Assembly (NCBI GenBank): GCA_964057225.1
Contig: OZ059900.1
Location: forward strand, 17,546,001-17,610,000
Source: Auanema rhodensis
Lineage: Eukaryota; Animalia; Nematoda
Reading direction: 5' to 3'
Length of the DNA stretch: 64,000 nucleotides
The notes beneath the pieces were generated by a model. It ran no database searches, had not been told where the DNA came from, and worked only from the letters and a program-made list of their open reading frames with translations. The number at the start of each line of letters is the position of its first letter. Position 1 is the first letter of the stretch. Below, piece by piece: positions 54,287 to 64,000 of the stretch. Both the position numbers and the translations under genes were made by a program.

Positions 54287-56318
54287 AGAAAATTAAGGAA
54301 ATTAGCATATTCTGAGGGCACGCCCCTTATGGCTAATATTGATTAAATCGATTTTTGTTCATATGAGTCGTCAAATGCAACGAATTTCAGCGTGTTACAT
54401 ACTAAAATGAAGCATTTTACATGCTGAACACTAGAAAAATACAAAAACACAGTATTTCCCATGAGAAATATTTTATTATGCTGGAAAACCAGTTTTTGGA
54501 AATTTCGCTGTAAACAAGGTTTTGACTTACGATTTCATGTGTTCAAACTCATGCAATGTCAATGAAACCTAGCTCAAAATTGTTCGTACAACGTCTAGTT
54601 CCACTTTCACGACAAAAAAACAGGGGTTAGAAAATTAAGGAAATTAGCATATTCTGAGGGCACGCCCCTTATGGCTAATATTGATTAAATCGATTTTTGT
54701 TCATATGAGTCGTCAAATGCAACGAATTTCAGCGTGTTACATACTAAAATGAAGCATTTTACATGCTGAACACTAGGAAAATACAAAAACACAGTATTTC
54801 CCATGAGAAATATTTTATTATGCTGGAAAACCAGTTTTTGGAAATTTCGCTGTAAACAAGGTTTTGACTTACGATTTCATGTGTTCAAACTCATGCAATG
54901 TCAATGAAACCTAGCTCAAAATTGTTCGTACAACGTCTAATTCCACTTTCACGACAAAAAAACAGGGGTTAGAAAATTAAGGAAATTAGCATATTCTGAG
55001 GGCACGCCCCTTATGGCTAATATTGATTAAATCGATTTTTGTTCATATGAGTCGTCAAATGCAACGAATTTCAGCGTGTTACATACTAAAATGAAGCATT
55101 TTACATGCTGAACACTAGAAAAATACAAAAACACAGTATTTCCCATGAGAAATATTTTATTATGCTGGAAAACCAGTTTTTGGAAATTTCGCTGTAAACA
55201 AGGTTTTGACTTACGATTTCATGTGTTCAAACTCATGCAATGTCAATGAAACATAGCTCAAAATTGTTCGTACAACGTCTAGTTCCACTTTCACGACAAA
55301 AAAACAGGGGTTAGAAAATTAAGGAAATTAGCATATTCTGAGGGCACGCCCCTTATGGCTAATATTGATTAAATCGATTTTTGCTCATATGAGTCGTCAA
55401 ATGCAACGAATTTCAGCGTGTTACATACTAAAATGAAGCATTTTACATGCTGAACACTAGAAAAATACAAAAACACAGTATTTCCCATGAGAAATATTTT
55501 ATTATGCTGGAAAACCAGTTTTTGGAAATTTCGCTGTAAACAAGGTTTTGACTTACGATTTCATGTGTTCAAACTCATGCAATGTCAATGAAACCTAGCT
55601 CAAAATTGTTCGTACAACGTCTAGTTCCACTTTCACGACAAAAAAACAGGGGTTAGAAAACTAAGGAAATTAGCATATTCTGAGGGCACGCCCCTTATGG
55701 CTAATATTGATTAAATCGATTTTTGTTCATATGAGTCGTCAAATGCAACGAATTTCAGCGTGTTACATACTAAAATGAAGCATTTTACATGCTGAACACT
55801 AGAAAAATACAAAAACACAGTATTTCCTATGAGAAATATTTTATTATGCTGGAAAACCAGTTTTTGGAAATTTCGCTGTAAACAAGGTTTTGACTTACGA
55901 TTTCATGTGTTCAAACTCATGCAATGTCAATGAAACCTAGCTCAAAATTGTTCGTACAACGTCTAGTTCCACTTTCACGACAAAAAAACAGGGGTTAGAA
56001 AATTAAGGAAATTAGCATATTCTGAGGGCACGCCCCTTATGGCTAATATTGATTAAATCGATTTTTGTTCATATGAGTCGTCAAATGCAACGAATTTCAG
56101 CGTGTTACATACTAAAATGAAGCATTTTACATGCTGAACACTAGAAAAATACAAAAACACAGTATTTCCCATGAGAAATATTTTATTATGCTGGAAAACC
56201 AGTTTTTGGAAATTTCGCTGTAAACAAGGTTTTGACTTACGATTTCATGTGTTCAAACTCATGCAATGTCAATGAAACCTAGCTCAAAATTGTTCGTACA
56301 ACGTCTAGTTCCACTTTC

Positions 56319-56357
56319 ACGACAAAAAAACAGGGGTTACGACAAAAAACAGGGGTT
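56319..56357 (+). repeat. 19-bp internal tandem duplication (361-bp monomer), copy 2
   Basis: ACGACAAAAAAACAGGGGTT + ACGACAAAAAACAGGGGTT. Confidence 0.95.
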
Positions 56358-57363
56358 AGAAAATTAAGGAAATTAGCATATTCTGAGGGCACGCCCCTTA
56401 TGGCTAATATTGATTAAATCGATTTTTGTTCATATGAGTCGTCAAATGCAACGAATTTCAGCGTGTTACATACTAAAATGAAGCATTTTACATGCTGAAC
56501 ACTAGAAAAATACAAAAACACAGTATTTCCCATGAGAAATATTTTATTATGCTGGAAAACCAGTTTTTGGAAATTTCGCTGTAAACAAGGTTTTGACTTA
56601 CGATTTCATGTGTTCAAACTCATGCAATGTCAATGAAACCTAGCTCAAAATTGTTCGTACAACGTCTAGTTCCACTTTCACGACAAAAAAACAGGGGTTA
56701 GAAAATTAAGGAAATTAGCATATTCTGAGGGCACGCCCCTTATGGCTAATATTGATTAAATCGATTTTTGTTCATATGAGTCGTCAAATGCAACGAATTT
56801 CAGCGTGTTACATACTAAAATGAAGCATTTTACATGCTGAACACTAGAAAAATACAAAAACACAGTATTTCCCATGAGAAATATTTTATTATGCTGGAAA
56901 ACCAGTTTTTGGAAATTTCGCTGTAAACAAGGTTTTGACTTACGATTTCATGTGTTCAAACTCATGCAATGTCAATGAAACCTAGCTCAAAATTGTTCGT
57001 ACAACGTCTAGTTCCACTTTCACGACAAAAAAACAGGGGTTAGAAAATTAAGGAAATTAGCATATTCTGAGGGCACGCCCCTTATGGCTAATATTGATTA
57101 AATCGATTTTTGTTCATATGAGTCGTCAAATGCAACGAATTTCAGCGTGTTACATACTAAAATGAAGCATTTTACATGCTGAACACTAGAAAAATACAAA
57201 AACACAGTATTTCCCATGAGAAATATTTTATTATGCTGGAAAACCAGTTTTTGGAAATTTCGCTGTAAACAAGGTTTTGACTTACGATTTCATGTGTTCA
57301 AACTCATGCAATGTCAATGAAACCTAGCTCAAAATTGTTCGTACAACGTCTAGTTCCACTTTC

Positions 57364-57402
57364 ACGACAAAAAAACAGGGGTTACGACAAAAAACAGGGG
57401 TT
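57364..57402 (+). repeat. 19-bp internal tandem duplication (361-bp monomer), copy 3
   Basis: Same sequence as copy 2, followed by the CATGATAAAT marker at 57581. Confidence 0.95.
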
Positions 57403-58750
57403 AGAAAATTAAGGAAATTAGCATATTCTGAGGGCACGCCCCTTATGGCTAATATTGATTAAATCGATTTTTGTTCATATGAGTCGTCAAATGCAACGAA
57501 TTTCAGCGTGTTACATACTAAAATGAAGCATTTTACATGCTGAACACTAGAAAAATACAAAAACACAGTATTTCCCATGATAAATATTTTATTATGCTGG
57601 AAAACCAGTTTTTGGAAATTTCGCTGTAAACAAGGTTTTGACTTACGATTTCATGTGTTCAAACTCATGCAATGTCAATGAAACCTAGCTCAAAATTGTT
57701 CGTACAACGTCTAGTTCCACTTTCACGACAAAAAAACAGGGGTTAGAAAATTAAGGAAATTAGCATATTCTGAGGGCACGCCCCTTATGGCTAATATTGA
57801 TTAAATCGATTTTTGTTCATATGAGTCGTCAAATGCAACGAATTTCAGCGTGTTACATACTAAAATGAAGCATTTTACATGCTGAACACTAGAAAAATAC
57901 AAAAACACAGTATTTCCCATGAGAAATATTTTATTATGCTGGAAAACCAGTTTTTGGAAATTTCGCTGTAAACAAGGTTTTGACTTACGATTTCATGTGT
58001 TCAAACTCATGCAATGTCAATGAAACCTAGCTCAAAATTGTTCGTACAACGTCTAGTTCCACTTTCACGACAAAAAAACAGGGGTTAGAAAATTAAGGAA
58101 ATTAGCATATTCTGAGGGCACGCCCCTTATGGCTAATATTGATTAAATCGATTTTTGTTCATATGATTCGTCAAATGCAACGAATTTTAGCGTGTTACAT
58201 ACTAAAATGAAGCATTTTACATGCTGAACACTAGAAAAAAACAAAAACACAGTATTTCCCATGAGAAATATTTTATTATGCTGGAAAACCAGTTTTTGGA
58301 AATTTCGCTGTAAACAAGGTTTTGACTTACGATTTCATGTGTTCAAACTCATGCAATGTCAATGAAACCTAGCTCAAAATTGTTCGTACAACGTCTAGTT
58401 CCACTTTCACGACAAAAAAACAGGGGTTAGAAAATTAAGGAAATTAGCATATTCTGAGGGCACGCCCCTTATGGCTAATATTGATTAAATCGATTTTTGT
58501 TCATATGAGTCGTCAAATGCAACGAATTTCAGCGTGTTACATACTAAAATGAAGCATTTTACATGCTGAACACTAGAAAAATACAAAAACACAGTATTTC
58601 CCATGAGAAATATTTTATTATGCTGGAAAACCAGTTTTTGGAAATTTCGCTGTAAACAAGGTTTTGACTTACGATTTCATGTGTTCAAACTCATGCAATG
58701 TCAATGAAACCTAGCTCAAAATTGTTCGTACAACGTCTAGTTCCACTTTC

Positions 58751-58789
58751 ACGACAAAAAAACAGGGGTTACGACAAAAAACAGGGGTT
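58751..58789 (+). repeat. 19-bp internal tandem duplication (361-bp monomer), copy 4
   Basis: Same sequence, with the CATGATAAAT marker at 58968. Confidence 0.95.
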
Positions 58790-61700
58790 AGAAAATTAAG
58801 GAAATTAGCATATTCTGAGGGCACGCCCCTTATGGCTAATATTGATTAAATCGATTTTTGTTCATATGAGTCGTCAAATGCAACGAATTTCAGCGTGTTA
58901 CATACTAAAATGAAGCATTTTACATGCTGAACACTAGAAAAATACAAAAACACAGTATTTCCCATGATAAATATTTTATTATGCTGGAAAACCAGTTTTT
59001 GGAAATTTCGCTGTAAACAAGGTTTTGACTTACGATTTCATGTGTTCAAACTCATGCAATGTCAATGAAACCTAGCTCAAAATTGTTCGTACAACGTCTA
59101 GTTCCACTTTCACGACAAAAAAACAGGGGTTAGAAAATTAAGGAAATTAGCATATTCTGAGGGCACGCCCCTTATGGCTAATATTGATTAAATCGATTTT
59201 TGTTCATATGAGTCGTCAAATGCAACGAATTTCAGCGTGTTACATACTAAAATGAAGCATTTTACATGCTGAACACTAGAAAAATACAAAAACACAGTAT
59301 TTCCCATGAGAAATATTTTATTATGCTGGAAAACCAGTTTTTGGAAATTTCGCTGTAAACAAGGTTTTGACTTACGATTTCATGTGTTCAAACTCATGCA
59401 ATGTCAATGAAACCTAGCTCAAAATTGTTCGTACAACGTCTAGTTCCACTTTCACGACAAAAAAACAGGGGTTAGAAAATTAAGGAAATTAGCATATTCT
59501 GAGGGCACGCCCCTTATGGCTAATATTGATTAAATCGATTTTTGTTCATATGAGTCGTCAAATGCAACGAATTTCAGCGTGTTACATACTAAAATGAAGC
59601 ATTTTACATGCTGAACACTAGAAAAATACAAAAACACAGTATTTCCCATGAGAAATATTTTATTATGCTTGAAAACCAGTTTTTGGAAATTTCGCTGTAA
59701 ACAAGGTTTTGACTTACGATTTCATGTGTTCAAACTCATGCAATGTCAATGATACCTAGCTCAAAATTGTTCGTACAACGTCTAGTTCCACTTTCACGAC
59801 AAAAAAACAGGGGTTAGAAAATTAAGGAAATTAGCATATTCTGAGGGCACGCCCCTTATGGCTAATATTGATTAAATCGATTTTTGTTCATATGAGTCGT
59901 CAAATGCAACGAATTTCAGCGTGTTACATACTAAAATGAAGCATTTCACATGCTGAACACTAGAAGAATACAAAAACACAGTATTTCCCATGAGAAATAT
60001 TTTATTATGCTGGAAAACCAGTTTTTGGAAATTTCGCTGTAAACAAGGTTTTGACTTACGATTTCATGTGTTCAAACTCATGCAATGTCAATGAAACCTA
60101 GCTCAAAATTGTTCGTACAACGTCTAGTTCCACTTTCACGACAAAAAAACAGGGGTTAGAAAATTAAGGAAATTAGCATATTCTGAGGGCACGCCCCTTA
60201 TGGCTAATATTGATTAAATCGATTTTTGTTCATATGAGTCGTCAAATGCAACGAATTTCAGCGTGTTACATACTAAAATGAAGCATTTTACATGCTGAAC
60301 ACTAGAAAAATACAAAAACACAGTATTTCCCATGAGAAATATTTTATTATGCTGGAAAACCAGTTTTTGGAAATTTCGCTGTAAACAAGGTTTTGACTTA
60401 CGATTTCATGTGTTCAAACTCATGCAATGTCAATGAAACCTAGCTCAAAATTGTTCGTACAACGTCTAGTTCCACTTTCACGACAAAAAAACAGGGGTTA
60501 GAAAATTAAGGAAATTAGCATATTCTGAGGGCACGCCCCTTATGGCTAATAATGATTAAATCGATTTTTGTTCATATGAGTCGTCAAATGCAACGAATTT
60601 CAGCGTGTTACATACTAAAATGAAGCATTTTACATGCTGAACACTAGAAAAATACAAAAACACAGTATTTCCCATGAGAAATATTTTATTATGCTGGAAA
60701 ACCAGTTTTTGGAAATTTCGCTGTAAACAAGGTTTTGACTTACGATTTCATGTGTTCAAACTCATGCAATGTCAATGAAACCTAGCTCAAAATTGTTCGT
60801 ACAACGTCTAGTTCCACTTTCACGACAAAAAAACAGGGGTTAGAAAATTAAGGAAATTAGCATATTCTGAGGGCACGCCCCTTATGGCTAATATTGATTA
60901 AATCGATTTTTGTTCATATGAGTCGTCAAATGCAACGAATTTCAGCGTGTTACATACTTAAATGAAGCATTTTACATGCTGAACACTAGAAAAATACAAA
61001 AACACAGTATTTCCCATGAGAAATATTTTATTATGCTGGAAAACCAGTTTTTGGAAATTTCGCTGTAAACAAGGTTTTGACTTACGATTTCATGTGTTCA
61101 AACTCATGCAATGTCAATGAAACCTAGCTCAAAATTGTTCGTACAACGTCTAGTTCCACTTTCACGACAAAAAAACAGGGGTTAGAAAATTAAGGAAATT
61201 AGCATATTCTGAGGGCACGCCCCTTATGGCTAATAATGATTAAATCGATTTTTGTTCATATGAGTCGTCAAATGCAACGAATTTCAGCGTGTTACATACT
61301 AAAATGAAGCATTTTACATGCTGAACACTAGAAAAATACAAAAACACAGTATTTCCCATGAGAAATATTTTATTATGCTGGAAAACCAGTTTTTGGAAAT
61401 TTCGCTGTAAACAAGGTTTTGACTTACGATTTCATGTGTTTAAACTCATGCAATGTCAATGAAACCTAGCTCAAAATTGTTCGTACAACGTCTAGTTCCA
61501 CTTTCACGACAAAAAAACAAGGGTTAGAAAATTAAGGAAATTAGCATATTCTGAGGGCACGCCCCTTATGGCTAATATTGATTAAATCGATTTTTGTTCA
61601 TATGAGTCGTCAAATGCAACGAATTTCAGCGTGTTACATACTAAAATGAAGCATTTTACATGCTGAACACTAGAAAAATACAAAAACACAGTATTTCCCA

Positions 61701-62873
61701 TGAGAAATATTTTATTATGCTGGAAAACCAGTTTTTGGAAATTTCGCTGTAAACAAGGTTTTGACTTACGATTTCATGTGTTCAAACTCATGCAATGTCA
61801 ATGAAACCTAGCTCAAAATTGTTCGTACAACGTCTAGTTCCACTTTCACGACAAAAAAACAGGGGTTAGAAAATTAAGGAAATTAGCATATTCTGAGGGC
61901 ACGCCCCTTATGGCTAATAATGATTAAATCGATTTTTGTTCATATGAGTCGTCAAATGCAACGAATTTCAGCGTGTTACATACTAAAATGAAGCATTTTA
62001 CATGCTGAACACTAGAAAAATACAAAAACACAGTATTTCCCATGAGAAATATTTTATTATGCTGGAAAACCAGTTTTTGGAAATTTCGCTGTAAACAAGG
62101 TTTTGACTTACGATTTCATGTGTTTAAACTCATGCAATGTCAATGAAACCTAGCTCAAAATTGTTCGTACAACGTCTAGTTCCACTTTCACGACAAAAAA
62201 ACAAGGGTTAGAAAATTAAGGAAATTAGCATATTCTGAGGGCACGCCCCTTATGGCTAATATTGATTAAATCGATTTTTGTTCATATGAGTCGTCAAATG
62301 CAACGAATTTCAGCGTGTTACATACTTAAATGAAGCATTTTACATGCTGAACACTAGAAAAATACAAAAACACAGTATTTCCCATGAGAAATATTTTATT
62401 ATGCTGGAAAACCAGTTTTTGGAAATTTCGCTGTAAACAAGGTTTTGACTTACGATTTCATGTGTTTAAACTCATGCAATGTCAATGAAACCTAGCTCAA
62501 AATTGTTCGTACAACGTCTAGTTCCACTTTCACGACAAAAAAACAGGGGTTAGAAAATTAAGGAAATTAGCATATTCTGAGGGCACGCCCCTTATGGCTA
62601 ATATTGATTAAATCGATTTTTGTTCATATGAGTCGTCAAATGCAACGAATTTCAGCGTGTTACATACTAAAATGAAGCATTTTACATGCTGAACACTAGA
62701 AAAATACAAAAACACAGTATTTCCCATGAGAAATATTTTATTATGCTGGAAAACCAGTTTTTGGAAATTTCGCTGTAAACAAGGTTTTGACTTACGATTT
62801 CATGTGTTCAAACTCATGCAATGTCAATGAAACCTAGCTCAAAATTGTTCGTACAACGTCTAGTTCCACTTTC

Positions 62874-62912
62874 ACGACAAAAAAACAGGGGTTACGACAA
62901 AAAACAGGGGTT
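62874..62912 (+). repeat. 19-bp internal tandem duplication (361-bp monomer), copy 5
   Basis: Same sequence, with the CATGATAAAT marker at 63091. Confidence 0.95.
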
Positions 62913-64000
62913 AGAAAATTAAGGAAATTAGCATATTCTGAGGGCACGCCCCTTATGGCTAATATTGATTAAATCGATTTTTGTTCATATGAGTCGTCAA
63001 ATGCAACGAATTTCAGCGTGTTACATACTAAAATGAAGCATTTTACATGCTGAACACTAGAAAAATACAAAAACACAGTATTTCCCATGATAAATATTTT
63101 ATTATGCTGGAAAACCAGTTTTCGGAAATTTCGCTGTAAACAAGGTTTTGACTTACGATTTCATGTGTTCAAACTCATGCAATGTCAATGAAACCTAGCT
63201 CAAAATTGTTCGTACAACGTCTAGTTCCACTTTCACGACAAAAAAACAGGGGTTAGAAAATTAAGGAAATTAGCATATTCTGAGGGCACGCCCCTTATGG
63301 CTAATATTGATTAAATCGATTTTTGTTCATATGAGTCGTCAAATGCAACGAATTTCAGCGTGTTACATACTAAAATGAAGCATTTTACATGCTGAACACT
63401 AGAAAAATACAAAAACACAGTATTTCCCATGAGAAATATTTTATTATGCTGGAAAACCAGTTTTTGGAAATTTCGCTGTAAACAAGGTTTTGACTTACGA
63501 TTTCATGTGTTCAAACTCATGCAATGTCAATGAAACCTAGCTCAAAATTGTTCGTACAACGTCTAGTTCCACTTTCACGACAAAAAAACAGGGGTTAGAA
63601 AATTAAGGAAATTAGCATATTCTGAGGGCACGCCCCTTATGGCTAATATTGATTAAATCGATTTTTGTTCATATGATTCGTCAAATGCAACGAATTTTAG
63701 CGTGTTACATACTAAAATGAAGCATTTTACATGCTGAACACTAGAAAAAAACAAAAACACAGTATTTCCCATGAGAAATATTTTATTATGCTGGAAAACC
63801 AGTTTTTGGAAATTTCGCTGTAAACAAGGTTTTGACTTACGATTTCATGTGTTCAAACTCATGCAATGTCAATGAAACTTAGCTCAAAATTGTTCGTACA
63901 ACGTCTAGTTCCACTTTCACGACAAAAAAACAGGGGTTAGAAAATTAAGGAAATTAGCATATTCTGAGGGCACGCCCCTTATGGCTAATATTGATTAAAT

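Larger units (their letters stand above)
1..64000. repeat. Tandem satellite DNA array, 342-bp monomer, ~187 head-to-tail copies, highly homogeneous (probably centromeric/pericentromeric, eukaryotic)
   Basis: ATGCAACGAATTT recurs at 1, 343, 685, 1027 ... 3421 (10 x 342) and on to 63685 (186 x 342 + 72 bp net indels). The consensus has 116/342 G+C (34%) by hand count. No unique sequence or strand switch was seen anywhere. The centromeric role is inference from array type only. Confidence 0.99.
57364..64000 (+). repeat. Duplicated ~4-monomer block at 16-monomer spacing (5510 bp)
   Basis: The 19-bp duplication (57364/62874), GATAAAT (57581/63091) and the ATGATTCG...GAATTTTAG...AAAAAAAC haplotype (~58167/63677) are all 5510 bp apart. 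Confidence 0.85.

Noticed and set aside
1-64000. Giant repetitive protein gene (342 bp = 114 codons)
   Set aside because: The ORF track shows no long ORF in any frame, stops recur in every monomer, and frameshifting indels (+1, -1, -16, +19) are tolerated.
1-64000. CRISPR array or other repeat-spacer system
   Set aside because: There are no unique spacers. The entire 342-bp unit is repeated and no cas-like ORFs are present.
1-64000. Assignment to a named satellite family or taxon
   Set aside because: Monomers of ~340-360 bp occur in many lineages. Length alone is insufficient and I do not recognise the sequence.

Overview
The whole 64 kb is one uninterrupted, head-to-tail satellite DNA array on a single orientation. 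It holds about 187 copies of a 342-bp, ~34% GC monomer (starts at 1, 343, 685 ... 63685, last copy partial), and most copies differ from the consensus at only a few positions. I see no genes, RNA genes, transposon insertions, inversions or CRISPR spacers. The two listed ORFs are chance read-throughs where a single substitution removed a stop codon. The array looks like eukaryotic centromeric or pericentromeric heterochromatin, but I cannot name the species or family. The interesting signal lies in the variants. They show (i) local higher-order duplications of 4, 7, 8, 10/11, 12 and 16 monomers; (ii) regional variant domains, with the rare haplotypes at the window start reappearing ~59-64 kb later; (iii) structural variants that spread after arising, namely a 19-bp duplication giving 361-bp monomers (5 copies) and a 39-bp deletion plus 21-bp duplication (2 copies), along with a single 6-bp insertion and an apparently inverted-templated multi-base change; and (iv) a monomer rich in dyad symmetries with no CpG depletion. 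I find no evidence of a novel gene system here.
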